NCBI RefSeq assembly: GCF_004010195.1
Contig: NC_057719.1
Coordinates: 56,510,192 to 56,559,389 of the forward strand
Source of the DNA: Chiloscyllium plagiosum
Taxonomy: Eukaryota
Direction of reading: 5' to 3'
DNA: 49,198 bases
The number at the start of each line of letters is the position of its first letter. Position 1 is the first letter of the stretch. The notes under the pieces were generated by a model. The model was not told where the DNA came from. It saw only the letters and a list, made by a program, of their open reading frames with translations, and made no database searches. This document shows, piece after piece, positions 36,562 through 49,198 of the stretch. The position numbers and the translations under genes were made by a program.

Positions 36562-38067
36562 GCTTGTCTACATACTGTGTCAAGACATTCTCCTGCACAC
36601 GTTGGACAAAAACTGACCCATCTAAAGTTCTCAACTACAATATTTCTGGTTAATATTTGGAAAGTTATAGTCTCCCATAACAACTATCCTGCTATTTTCG
36701 TTCTTATCCAGGATCATCTTTGCTATCCTTTCCTCTACATCTCTGGAACTATTTGGAGGCCTATAGAAAACTCCCAACAGGGTGACTTCTCCTTGCCTGT
36801 CTCTAACCTCCGTCCATACTACCTCAGTAGATGAGTCCTCAAACGTCCTTTCTGCTACCATAATACTGTTCTTGATTAACAATGCCACACCTCCCCCTCT
36901 TTTACCATCTTCTGTGTTCCTACTGAAACATTTAAATCCCGGAACCTGCAACAACCATTCCTGTCCTTGCTCTATCCATGTCTCCGAAATGGCCACAACA
37001 TCCAAATCGCAGGTACCAACCCATGCTGCAAGTTCACCCACCTTATTCTGGATGCTCCTGGCATTGAAGCAGATACACTTCAAACCACCTTCCTGCTTGC
37101 CAATGCATTCCTGCCACCTTGAAACCTTATTTCCGACCTCATGACAGGGCAACTTAGAACAATTTTCATTGTATTTTTATTGTTAAAATATATATGACAA
37201 TAAATTCTAATTCGCTACTCTCAACCTCCTGGATACTGGAACAACAATTTAGGTTCCACCCCCCTGCTGAATTAGTTTAAACCCTCCCATACAGCATTAG
37301 CAAATATACCCCCTGGTTCAGGTGTAGACTATTCTGTTTGTAGAGGTCCCACCTACCCCAGAATGAGCCCCAATTATCCAGATTTCCGAAACCATCACTC
37401 CTGCATCATCCCTGTAGCTATGTGTTCAACTCCTCTCTCTCTCTCTCTCTCTATTCCTCACACTGCTAGAACGTGGCACAGTAACAAACCAGAGATAACA
37501 ACTCTGTTTGTTCTAGCTCTAAGCTTCCACCCTCACTCCCTGAATTTCTGCCTTAAATACCCATCCCTTTTCCTACCTATGTCAATGGTACCTATGTGGA
37601 CCATGACTTGGGACTGCTCCCCCTCCCCCTCAAAGATCCCGCAAACACAATCCACGACATCACAAACCCTGGCATCTAGGAGGCAGCACACCGACCGTGA
37701 GTCTCTTGTTCCCACAGAAACTCCTATCTGTCCCCCTAATTATGGAGTTCCCAATGACTAATGCTCTGCTACTCATCCCCCATCTTCCTTCTGAGCAACT
37801 GGAATAGGCTCTGTGGTAGAGACCTGATCCCCATTGCTTACTCCTGGTAAGTCATCATCCCCCAACAGTATCCTTTGTTATTGAGGGGAACGGCCACACG
37901 GGGATCCATGCACTCGGTTCCCTTTCCATCCCCTGACTGTAACCCATCTGCCTTTTTCTTCTACCTGACCACCTTCCTGTAACTCCTCTCAATAACCCTC
38001 TCCACCTTCCAAATGATCTGAAATTCACCCAGCTCCAGTTCCCTAACGTGGTTTTCGAGGAGCTACA

Positions 38068-38392
38068 GTTAGATTAGATGCACTTAGATTAGATTCCCTA
38101 CAGGATGGAAAAAGGCCATTGGCCCAACAAGTCCACACCGACCCTCCGAAGAGTAACCCACCCAGACCCATTCCCCTACCCTAAATTTACCCCTGATTAA
38201 TGCACCTAACACTATGAGTAATTTAGCATGACTAATTCACTCAACCTGAACATCTTTGGATTGTGGGAGGAAACCCTCACAGATTTGGGGAGAACAAGCA
38301 AACTCCACACACAGTCACCCGAGGTGGGAATCGAAGCCAGGACCCTGGCGCTCTGAGGCAGCAATGCTAACCACTGAGCCATCGTGCTGCCC
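38068..38392 (-). mobile_element. HE1-like SINE inserted in the CR1
   Basis: Family head and tail motifs. Confidence 0.88.
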
Positions 38393-39073
38393 GCAGATGA
38401 AGTCAGCAGGGACACTAGTGGTGACCCTTACCTCCCACATTTTGCAGGAGGAACATTCAACTACCCTAAACTCTATTCTCACTATTCTAAATTCTCAAAG
38501 AGACTGATGAAAAATAAAGAACGAAAATAAAAAGCTAGTTACCTTACCAATTCGAAGCACAGAACTCTTTTTTTTGGTTAGAGAAGGCGGGTGGGTGGGA
38601 GACACTACTTAAGTAGTGTTTCAAGTAATGCAACCACCCAAATATATTACTGCACTTAATCAGCAGTCCCATGTCCGCTCCTGCTCAGTGTGCGCTCCGC
38701 CTATTCACAAGGTAAGTTCTTAAAGCAGTGATTTACCTTCCTGGCAGCCCACAGTCATTGTTCCCATTCTTCCTGCTTCTAAACAAAAATGGAGGGCCCC
38801 AGTTAAAAATGGATACAGCCAGTTCTAGAGCACAAGTCATCAGTATTATGGATGCAATGTTATCAGGGCCCATAGATTTGCTGTATCCTGTGCTTTGAGT
38901 CTTTTCTTGATATCAAATGGTGTATGAAGTAAACTGAATTGGCGAGCGACTGGAATCTGTGATGCTGGGATCTTCACAAAGTGGATGAGCTGGAATAACT
39001 ACTATGTATTTCTGGTTGAAGATGCTTCTGCCTTGTATTTCGCACTGAAGTGATAGAAGCCATCATCATTGAG

Positions 39074-39660
39074 TTGGAGGAACCGGTGTTGGACTGGGGT
39101 GGACAAAGGGCTCCGGCCCGAAACATCGATTTTCCTGCTCCTCAGATGCTGCCTGACCTGCTATGCTTTTCCAGCAACACACTCTCAACTCTGATTAGAT
39201 TCCCTACAGTGTGGAAACAGGCCCTTTGGCCCAACCAGTCCACACTGACCCTCCGAAGAGTAACCCACCCAGACCCGTTTCCCTAACACTATGGGCAATT
39301 TAGCATGGCCAGTTCACCTGACCTGCACATCTTTGGATTGTGGGAGGAAACCGGAGCACCCGGAGGAAACCCATGCAGACACAGGGAGAATGTGCAAGCT
39401 CCACACAGACAGTTGCCCAAGGCTGGAATTGAACCTGGGACCCTGGTGCTGTGAGGCAGCAGTGCTAACCACTGTGCCGCCCTCACTGTCTCAAAGTTAA
39501 AAATCACTCAACACCAGGTTATAATCCAACAGGTTTATTTGGAAGCACTAGCTTTCGAAGTGCTGTTTCTTCATGATGAAGAAGCAGCGCTTCGAAAGCT
39601 AGTGCTTCCAAATAAACCTGTTGGACTATAACCTGGTGTCGTGTAATTTTTAACATTGAC
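39074..39660. mobile_element. Nested insert: palindromic Penelope-terminus family B containing a family A fragment and a SINE
   Basis: CATCATTGAG duplicated at 39064-39073 and 39661-39670; palindrome 39496-39654 centred on 39575. Confidence 0.75.
39194..39481 (-). mobile_element. HE1-like SINE
   Basis: Family head and tail motifs. Confidence 0.9.
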
Positions 39661-39839
39661 CATCATTGAGGATGGAGATGTTTGTGGAGTGACCTCCCTC
39701 AATTAATTATTTAACTATCCACTCTCAATTTTGCCCGTACTCTCTTTTAGTGAAACGACTGAGTCAGAGACATGGTGGCAGGATGACATGGATTGATACA
39801 TGAATATTGAATGGAAGAGGATATTTAGGAAGGCATATC

Positions 39840-40435
39840 CAAACGCCTGCTGTGTCTGCTGCTCTCGATGTGGTCTCCCCTACGTTGGAGAGACAGGACG
39901 CCAACTTGTCTGTAGGACACACACCAAACAACTCCACTGCCTTGTGGCAGACCACTTCAATTCCACCCCTCCCCCCCACCAAGGACATGCAAGTCCTGCA
40001 CCTCCTCCACCATAAAATCCTAGCCACCCGATGCCTGGAGGAAGAACACCTCATCTTCCACCTTGAGACCCTCCAACCACACGGCATCAACATCAATTTC
40101 ACTAGTTTTCTCATCTCCCCTCCTCCACCACATCCCGGATCCAACCTTCCAACTTGGCACCTCCCTCTTGAGCTGTCCCACCTGTCTGCTGCACTCTCCG
40201 CTCTGACCTATCGCCAACAACCCCCCACCTTCATCCACCTATTGACTTCCCAGCTACCTTCCCCCCAGCACCCCTTTCCTATTTATCTCTCAGCCCCCTC
40301 TTCATTCCTGATGAAGGGCTTATGCCCAAAACATTGATTCTCCTGCTCCTTGGATGGTGTCTGACCTGCAGTACTTTTTTTTCAGTGCCACACATTTCAT
40401 CTGTAATCTCCCGCATCTGCTGTGCTCATTTCCTC
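39840..40435 (+). mobile_element. Penelope-like element 3' remnant (GIY-YIG region and terminal repeat)
   Basis: CSRCGLPYVGETGRQL, VADHFNS, EEEHLIFHLETLQPHGININF, followed by cctgatgaagggcttatgccc, the terminus family also seen at 36339. Confidence 0.82.
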
Positions 40436-41654
40436 CTTGGATATTTAGGGAGGATAGAAAGCTAGGAAAAGGTGGTTTGATGGCTCTGTTAGTTAATTAT
40501 AATATTAATAGAATGGAGATGGATCACCCACTTTTAAGAAAAAAAATGGAATGGAAACAGATTGGTTAGAGATGAATAATGATAAGAACAAAGAGTAATT
40601 TTTTAAGAGAAGGTGACATTTTTGAGGTAAGGGGAGAGATTTAAAAAGGCATGACGGACAAATTTTTACATGGAGGATGGTTTGCGTGTGGATTGAAATT
40701 CCTGAGGAAGTAATAGATGGGGCACAGTTACAACATTTAAAAGTTGCTTAGATAAGTACATGAATAGGAACAATTTGGGAGGCGATATGGGCTAGGATCA
40801 GGCAGGTGGGACTCACTTAGTTTAGGATTATGTTCAACATGGACTGATTGGATTGAAGGGTCTGTTTTCATGCTGTATGCTCTATGCTCTATGACCCTAT
40901 GACTTGTAGAAGCGGTATACAGATTCTCTGATAGTAACCACACAGTTGAAAGAATAATGGAAGAAATAGTGGGAGATTGTCAGAAAGCTACAGTGATAAT
41001 CGTGGGAGATTTTAATGTATATGCATACTAGAAAAATCAAACGGGTAAAAATAACCTAGATGAGGTATTCCAGGAATGTTTTTTGAATGTTTCTCAGAAC
41101 AGCATGTCGGGAGCCAGCCAGAGAATATGCTAATAAAAACAATTAATTCTGAAGTGCTGTTATATTTTGCTTTAAACAGAAGGCACACCATATGAGACTT
41201 GGTATTGTAGAATGAGATAGGACTGATTAACATTTTCATTGTGAATATGCCATTAGGAGCAGCAACCATAAAAGGATGGAATTTTACATTCAGATTGAGG
41301 GAGAGAAGACATGCATTCGGATACGTACAAGGGGATATTTCAGAATGTCCAGAATAGACACACTTCAACAAATAAGAAAACTTTCAAGGGATGGCCCCAC
41401 ATCAGGCTTCACTGAGGATACAAGAATTCCCCCTAGAAGCATCTATAAATTAAGGAATAAAGTCTCATTGCATAGTAGTTGTGTTCCTATCTCTGAACCA
41501 GGAGCATCTCTGAACAGGTTGATTAGGAAATATCTAAATCAGGAAATGGAAGGGAGAGAGGAACGCAGGAGAATTATAATCACCAGAGAAATGACATTGA
41601 GTAAATTATTGAAGCTGCAGCTGAAAAATGGAGGTTATGCTTCCACAGAATCCC

Positions 41655-41915
41655 AACAGCGTGAAAACAGGCCCTTCGGTACTACAGGTCCACACCAACT
41701 CTCCAAAGATTATCCCTAAAAACTATGGGCAATTTAGCATGGCCAATTCACTTGACCTGCACAGCTTTGGATTGTGGGAGGAAACCAGAGCACCTGGAAG
41801 AAACTCACACAGACATGGGGAGAATGTGTAAACTCCACACAGACAGTCGCTAGAGGCTGGAATTGAACTCAGGTCCCTGGCACTGTGAGGCTGTAGTGCT
41901 GACCACTGATCCACC
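41655..41915 (-). mobile_element. HE1-like SINE
   Basis: Family motifs. Confidence 0.85.
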
Positions 41916-42094
41916 GTTAAACAGGGTATGTTGAGACTACATCCAGACTCTAAAGTGCAGTATGTTCACCTTATTTAAGAAAGGATGTAAGTGTTTTGAA
42001 AGCAGTTCAGAAAAGAATTACTAGAATTGGTGAATTGTCTTATGAGGAAAGGTTGAACAGGCTAGGCCTTGTATCTCTGGATTTTTAAAAAAAT

Positions 42095-43330
42095 CATTCA
42101 GGAGATGTGCACTTTGCTGGCTAGGCCAACATTTATTAAATTACTAGACCCTTGAGAAATTGGTGGTGAGCTGCCTTCTTGAACCCTGCAGATCTAGGCT
42201 CACTCATAATGCCATTTGCAATGGAGTTCCAGAATTTTGACCCAGTGACAACCCAGGAATGGTGATTTGTTTCCAAGTCAGGTCGGTGAGAGACTTGGAG
42301 AGGGTGTGTCGCCTTTCCATATATCTGTTGCCCTTCTCCTTCTAGATGGTCTTCGGTATGAAAAGTGTTGTAGAAGGAGCCTTGTTGAAAGTCATCAGTG
42401 CATGTTGTAAATAGCGCACATTGCTGCTATTGTGCACCAGTAGTGGCTGGAGTGAATATTATTGGATGTGGTGTCGATCATGCATACTGCTTTGTCTTAG
42501 ATGATGCCAGGCATATTGAGTGTTGTTGGAACTGCACCCATCCAAGAAAGTGGTGTAGACAATAGACACTTTGGGGAGATAGGAACCAAGTGCTTCACGA
42601 CTGCGTTGCTAGCCTATGACATGCTCTTGTAGCCACGGTATTTGTATAGCTAGTCAGTTCAATTTCTGATCAATAATAATATAAAGTATGTTGATAGTGG
42701 AAGATTCAGTGATGCCAATCTTTCTTAATGTCAAGGGACAATGGTTAGATTTTCTCCTGTTAAAGGTGGTCCAAACGTGAATATTGTTCAGATTTTGCTG
42801 CCTTTGGACATGAGCTGCTACAGTAACTGAGAAGTCATGAATGGTGCAGAATATTGTGCAATGATCAGCAAACATCCTCACTTTTGACCTTGTGATGAAA
42901 GAAACATCATTATGAAGCATGTTTGGATCATTACGCTGAGGAACAATACCATCATCTTTTGTGCTCAGTATGACTCTAACTAAGGTCCCCCAATGTTACA
43001 CTCAGCCTTGATGTCAAAGGCAGTCATTCTCGCCTGACCTTTAGGATTTAGCTCTTTTTTCCTTGTTTGAACTAAGACTGTAATGAGGTCAATAGATGAG
43101 TTGCCCTGGGAGAGACAGACTAGACATCAGTAAACATGTAATTGCTAAGCAAGTGCTGTTTGAAAGCACTGTTGATGACTCCTTTCAACATTTCACTGAT
43201 GATCGAGAGTAAACTGATGGGATGGATTTATTCTGCTTTTTGTTTTCATGATATGCCAGGGTGATTTTATATATTGTGAAGGAGATGCCTGTGTTGCAGT
43301 AAGGTTGAAACAGCTTCACTAGGAGCGCAA
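42095..43330 (-). mobile_element. Non-LTR retrotransposon (CR1/L2 group) RT and 3' UTR, degenerate
   Basis: DVSFITRSKVRMFADHCTIF (FADD-like). Its 3' UTR gagaaattggtggtgagctgccttcttgaa recurs at ~10900 and inverted at ~47110-47230. Confidence 0.7.
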
Positions 43331-43802
43331 CAAGAGGCAACTTGATTTAAACATATAAGACCTGAGGGGTCTTGACAACATAGATGTGGAGAGGATGTTT
43401 CCCATAGAATCGAGAACGCAGGGTCACCCATTCAAATCAGAGATGATGCCATTTTTGTTTTCTCACAGAGGGTCTTGAGTAATTTGCACTTTTCTTCTTA
43501 ACATGCTTTCAATATCTTTAAGGCAGAAGTGGATAGTTTATCAGAGATAGGAGGGAATGTAAATTTGGGGTTACATTCAATCAGCCATGAACAAATTAAA
43601 TAGTGGAACATGTTCAAGGAGCCAAATGGCCTATGCTTGATCCTGTTCAGAGTTTGAGAGTTGAAAATCCACTGGAAGACCTCATCACAAGTGGAGGTTT
43701 CTTAAAAAAGTCTCACTGTATTAGCAATTTTTGAAACGATTTGTAGCTCAGGGTGAGGTTCTGGATGTAGGTTTGCTCGCTGAGCTGGAAGGTTCGTTTT
43801 CA

Positions 43803-43836
43803 GATGTTTCATCACCATACTAGGTAACATCATCAG
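43803..43836 (-). ncRNA. Minimal hammerhead-ribozyme-like motif in the Penelope terminal repeat
   Basis: CTGATGA-TGTTACC-TAGTAT-GGTGAT-GAAA-CATC: both core boxes flank a stem-loop. Confidence 0.6.
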
Positions 43837-45547
43837 TGAGCCTTCGGTGAAGCACTGGTGGTATGGGCCACTTTCCATTTATGTGTTTAGGTTTCTTTGG
43901 ATGGATGATGTCATTTCCTGTTCTTTTGCTCAGAGGATGCTGGATGGGGTCCAAATCAATGCGTTTTTTGAAAGAATTCCAATTGGAATGCCATGCTTCA
44001 AGGAAGTCTCATGCATGTCTCTGTTTGGCTTGTCCTAGGATGGATGTGTTGTCCCGGTCAAAGTAGAGTCCTTCTTAGTCTATATGTAAGGATACTAGTG
44101 ATAGTGGGTCATGTATTTTTGTGGCTAGTTGATGTTCACGTATCCTGGTGGATAGTTTTCTGCCTATATGTCCAATGTAGTGTTTGTTACAGTCCTTGCA
44201 AGGTATTTTGCAAATGAAATTTGTTTTGTTTGTTGTTTGTATAGGGTCTTCTAAGTTGATTAGCCACTGTTTTAGTGTGTTTGTAGGTTTGTGGGCTACC
44301 ATGATGCCAAGAGGTCTGAGTAGTCTGGAAGTCATTTTAGAGAAGTCTTTGATGTAGGGTAAATTGGTAGGTTTTCTGGGCACATTGTGTTTGCTTGTTT
44401 GGGTTTGCAATGTGTTTATTGGGTACCCGTTCTTCTTGAATATTCTGTATAGGTATTTCTCTTCTGCTCTTTGTAGTTCCTCGATGCTGCAGTGTGTGGT
44501 GTCTCGCTGAAATAATGTCCTAATGCAGCTTCGATTTTGGGTGTTGGGGTGATTGCTTCTGTAGTTAAGTATTTGGTCCATGTGTGTTGTTTTCATGTAG
44601 ATGAGAGTTGAAGTTCCCCATTGAGTGTTCGCTTTAATGTGACAAGTAGGGCTGGCGGGTTGTTGTTGTTCTCCTCCTATTTTGTGAATTTTATGTCAGT
44701 GAGGATATTATTGATGGTGTTATAGGTTTCATGTAATTTGTTTAATTTGGTGATGACAAAGGTGTCATCCATATAGCGTATCCAAAGTTTGGGTTGGATG
44801 GTCGGGAGGACTGTTTTTTTCTAGTCTCTGCATAACTGCTTCTGCTAGGAATCCTGATATTGGTGATCCCATGGGAGTTTTATTGATTTGTTTGTAACAT
44901 GACAGACCATGAATGGACAGACACACTACAATGAGCCATAAGCATCAAACAGCAGCAAACAGAAAACAAAAAAATCAGCCCTCCAGCAAAAAAACTAGAC
45001 AAGCTCACATAAAAGAAAAACATAGAGGTTTGGATAAGCCTCTAATAGATACAGAAAAAAGCCATCCTAGTAAGAGGATTGAACTACAATTACAGAGACA
45101 TGGACAAAAAGGACTTCCTAGCAGCATTAGAATCAACACTGACTTACAGAAGAAACCCATCAGACAGACAGTTGCACCAAATTAAGCAAGAAAAAGCAAG
45201 GAAACACAGTCAATACACAAGAAAGGAAAGCACTTAGAGGGACTCAGAAAAGACAAAGACATTATAATCCTACCTGTCGACAAATGACGCATGAAAATAA
45301 TTTTAAACAGAACAGACTGCTGTGAGAAAGCAAATGCGCTGCTTGCAGATACTGACACTTACCAACAGGTGGCGATAGACCCAACCCCACAACTAGAGAA
45401 CTGAATCACAGCCTTACTCAAAAAAACTTCAGAAATCAGGAGGACTAACCAAGACAGACTTCCAAAAAAATGAAACCAGATGAATCCAACACACCATGCT
45501 TCTATAGATTACCCAAAGTACACAAAACAGAAACTCCCCTCAGACCT

Positions 45548-45650
45548 GTCAATTTTCCTGCTCCTCAGATGCTGCCTGACCTGCTGTGTTTTTCCAGCAC
45601 CACCTGATCTAAACTCTGGTTTCCAGCATCTGCAGTCCTCACTTTTGCCT
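45548..45650 (+). mobile_element. Penelope-terminus family A micro-insert within the other Penelope RT
   Basis: gtcaattttcctgctcctcagatgctgcctgacctgctg...ccagcatctgcagtcctcactttt interrupts the PLRP...LPGTPTY coding segment. Confidence 0.8.
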
Positions 45651-47255
45651 CAGTACCTGGAACACCAACATACAGTCTAGCCAAGGAACTCCAACAAAGA
45701 CTAAAACACTTAGTGGAAAACTCACACCACTCCATTCACTCCACCCAAGAATTCCTAAAGACCATCAAAGTCACCAAGATAGAAGAGGATGAAATAATTG
45801 TCTCCTTTGACATAACAGTCCTGTTCACATCCATTAACATCAACCTGGCCAAAGAAACACTTCTAGAAGAACCGAAGATACAAACACCAGACAGCACCAA
45901 CTTCATCAGCAAGGACAACATTGTCAAGCTAGTGGACCTGTGCCTTACCACCCACTTCATATTCAATAACAAGACCTACAAACAAATCAACAAAACATCC
46001 ATGGGATCACCAATATCAGGGCTCATAGCAGAAGCAGTTGTGCAGAGACTAGAAAAAACAGCTCTCCCAACCATCCAACCCAAACTTTAGTATTTTTAAG
46101 ATGATAGTTGAGACTGTTTTATATTTTTCTGGGTTTGTTGGTTATATGTATGTGTTATTTTCGCAAAATGGATAGTTGAAGGAATTTTCACATTTGATAC
46201 CATTTGTTAATAATATTTTCTTGTTTACATTTTTTTGCAATAGTCTAATTCTTTAATGATTAACTTAAGGAAGCTAGAATACATTTTTCTAGTACTTAGC
46301 TATATACAATCTAACTTCTATATATGTACATAATTGGCAATATATCCTCTGTTGTAAGTTCAAATTTTGTTTTGCTGACAGTGGACAAGGAGTCAGTCCA
46401 CCCTGCTAAGTTAGAAAGAATCAAGCATTCTTATTGAATGCATTTTTCATAAACATACGTGTGTTGAAACAACTGCAGCTTGCGGAATGGGAAGAGTGCT
46501 GCAACTAGTCCTCTTTTCTATACTGGATTTTATGCCTCACTGGGGTAGTGCACTGGAAATCAAGCCCCGTTATTCCCAGAGTCATCACAAAAGTTAAACA
46601 TTTTATGAAAGTGCACAGGATTCCCCAATTTACCTTTTTTTAGACCCAGTTTGACAGAAAGCACCAAGCTTTCTGCACTTAATAAAAACTACTATTTATT
46701 ACAGATAAATATTGTAACTAAAGGTAAATAATTATGAATCTTAGAAATTTAACTCTACTTGTTAAGACTCTAACCCCTTCTCTAACTCCTCCCTCACACA
46801 CACACAAATAAACATTGGTGTTATTGATAGAGGGAAAAACTGGGAAGGCTGTTCAATGCTTCATATTCACATATCATAGATAATCCTTTTGGCTTGCCAG
46901 GACTTGCTATTTGGTGATCTCTGTCCAGATACTTGCACTTGCTTGCAAAAGGCACAGAATGACTAATTTACAATGTGTAAAATCTGTTTTGTTTAAAAGC
47001 AACTGGCGAGGAAAGAAAAGCTAGCTTTCTTTAGGGTTTCTTTTACTACGGAGAAAAGGACAGGAGCTTCCTTTTCACGGGTCCAAAAGCTTCTGCCCAT
47101 CCCATTCACACCCTTCTGAAAGCACATGGACTGCAGGAGTTCAAGTAGGCAATCACCTCCACTTTCTTCAGGGCAACTAGGAATGGCAGTAATCGCTGGA
47201 CAGTCAGCAATGCCTACATCCCACAAGAGAATTTAAAAACCCCACAAACTATTCA

Positions 47256-47380
47256 TGATGTGGAGGTGCTGCTGTTGCACAGGGGTGGACAAGATCACAA
47301 GTTAGACGAAACCAGGTTATAGTCAAACAGGTTTATTTGACATCATAAGCAATCAGAGCATTGTCCCTTCATCACCTGAC
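47256..47380 (-). mobile_element. Decayed Penelope-terminus family B fragment
   Basis: ggggtggacaag...accaggttatagtcaaacaggtttattt, as at 39074-39570. Confidence 0.6.
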
Positions 47381-47534
47381 TCCTATTCCCATAGGTTCCA
47401 GTTGATAAAAGGTTTGGTGTACTTTTTTTCTTGGATTTTCATACCAGGTGGGTATTAACAATAACCAACAAAGATATAGTTTATTATACAATAGCAAAAG
47501 TACAAGTGAAATTGACCATTTGGGTGCAATTACA

Positions 47535-47744
47535 AAGTCCAAAGGTGTGCAGATTAGGTGTATTGGCTATACTAAATTGCCCATAGTGTTCAAAGGTTGT
47601 GTAGGTTAGCTGCATTAGTCAGGAACTAATAAAGGTTAATAGGATAAGGGGAATGGGTCTGGGTGGGTTTCTGTTTGGAGGGTTGGTATGGACTTGTTAG
47701 GCTGAAGGGCCTGTTTCCACACTGTAGGAATTCTATGATTCTAT
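47535..47744 (+). mobile_element. HE1-like SINE, 5'-truncated
   Basis: gtccaaaggtgtgcag...gggcctgtttccacactgtaggaattctatgattct. Confidence 0.8.
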
Positions 47745-47994
47745 CAAGAGCCAGAGATGATATGTCTATCCTTATTGTGAGCTAGAGTTGAACTGTTAAT
47801 TTTCCACCTGTTGGTGTGAGGAATCAGAACGAATGGACCCTAATGTAGTCTTCAACATTGTGGGATATAGGTAAATTAATGTTTCTTCTGCAGTTCTGTA
47901 ATTCTGCAATTATAATTTCTGGTACAAAGTAAATGAACTCACATTAGTGTGTAATTGTTTCAGCCAAGAGCTGAGTCAACAAGAATGGAAACTA

Positions 47995-48602
47995 TGTGGA
48001 GGAAATATATAATTGTTTTTGTATTAGCTAAAGTGGTATGCCAGCGTGAAACGTGATTGCAAAACAATGGTAGATATTATGGGCAAATAGATAAGATGTT
48101 GTGAGGGGATGAAGTTAGGCCAGATACGCCTGTACAAACATCTGTTTCCCACTTTTACAGAGACACAGGAACAAACCCCAATTAAAGAGGTCATAGGAAT
48201 CAGAGTGGCTTCGGGAGAAGCCCAGATGGAAAGAGTAGATACTGATGAAGAAAGAATATGCCTAACAATGACCTGCAGTGGGATGAGGTCAAACGGCCTT
48301 GTGGGGCCAGAAATAAGCATTTTGTCACAGACAAGGCCGGATAAGACGAGAGATAAGCAGGAGTGGTGGGACCAGTCTTAGGGAAGTGGAGGATGTAAAC
48401 GGGGGGGAACAATGAAATAAGAAAAAAAATGTAAGAACCAAATTATATAAATATCGAGAGTTTGTTGAATTTGGTGTATGTCCTCTGCCTTGCTTGGCAC
48501 TGGACATCGCACCCACTTGCAAGTGTAAAAATAAATGACACTACTGATTCAGATCTTGTCTTGGACTGCAATTATTGAAGTGTGAGAGCTTTGTTTCTCA
48601 CA
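47995..48602 (+). mobile_element. Solo retroviral LTR related to the provirus LTRs
   Basis: TGTGG...TGTTTCTCACA termini, TATATAAA 48444-48451, AATAAA 48530-48535. The R/U5 end resembles that of the 6870-7215 LTR. No clean TSD. Confidence 0.72.
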
Positions 48603-48819
48603 AACATTAACCCTTTCTGAACCATTAAATTACACCAGATTATCAGGCATTTAAAATGAAGAGAAAATTTTGGAAATGCTCAGGTCAGATATTAAAAAAT
48701 CACAGAGTTTAAATCTGAACTTTATTTTGCATTTGATAGTTTGAGAATCCACAACATTTCACTCTCGAGATGATTATATTATTTATTTTTGGATGTTGTG
48801 GGTGACAGTGTCCACAGCC

Positions 48820-49198
<379 letters not shown>

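Larger units (their letters stand above)
34077..38790 (-). mobile_element. Near-full-length degenerate CR1 LINE (esterase-like ORF1, EN-RT ORF2)
   Basis: ORF1 VCCLLDARVCDV...VMVHIGTIDIG (SGNH-like); EN CICFNARSI...VVAISETW...GVFYRPP...VMGDYNFP; RT PENWRIANVVPLFKKG, VDVVYMDFSKAFDKV, SKFVDDTK. 5' boundary uncertain. Confidence 0.92.
40436..43640 (+). mobile_element. Old fragmented CR1 with a nested CR1 3' end (~40597-40902), a SINE and an antisense LINE
   Basis: Decayed EN (IVGDFN) and RT C-terminal pieces. Confidence 0.6.
43722..46088. mobile_element. Penelope-like retroelement with inverted 5' half (3' half minus 43722-44897; 5' half plus 44898-46088)
   Basis: Minus: PMGSPISG, RYMDDTF, KTTHMDQILNYRSNHP, GIY-YIG ICKIPCKDCNKHYIG...RIREH. 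Plus: IVSFDITVLFTSI...MGSPISGLIAE. Confidence 0.92.

Noticed and set aside
46600..47110. Possible further solo LTR-like segments (also ~18590-18860 and ~47385-47520)
   Set aside because: I could not define termini, a TSD or a partner copy.
48109..48381. 90-aa ORF upstream of PSMA6
   Set aside because: Lies within the putative solo LTR U3 and has no recognisable homology.

Overview
Vertebrate genomic DNA, very likely a shark (inferred from HE1-type SINEs, abundant CR1 LINEs and Penelope-like elements). The host genes are on the + strand: the last three coding exons of PRORP/KIAA0391 (mitochondrial protein-only RNase P catalytic subunit; 12409-12557, 26676-26871, 28076-28207) and coding exon 1 of PSMA6 (48940-49015), the same order as in human. 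A defective gamma/epsilon-like (class I) endogenous retrovirus lies antisense in a PRORP intron (557-7215, 4-bp TSD AAAT). It has a tRNA-Pro-like PBS, a PPT, gag, env and a pol that lacks RT and RNase H entirely, so the protease C-terminus runs in frame into integrase. Its leader contains a 19x12-bp G-tract array inside a possible pre-gag ORF. Most of the remainder is nested retroelement debris (CR1, Rex1/Babar, two SINE families, Penelope) plus TA-flanked MITEs. Penelope-derived termini recur as short, often palindromic inserts carrying minimal hammerhead-ribozyme motifs. A related solo LTR sits about 340 bp upstream of the PSMA6 start codon. Repeat boundaries were read by eye and are approximate unless a TSD or terminal motif is cited.
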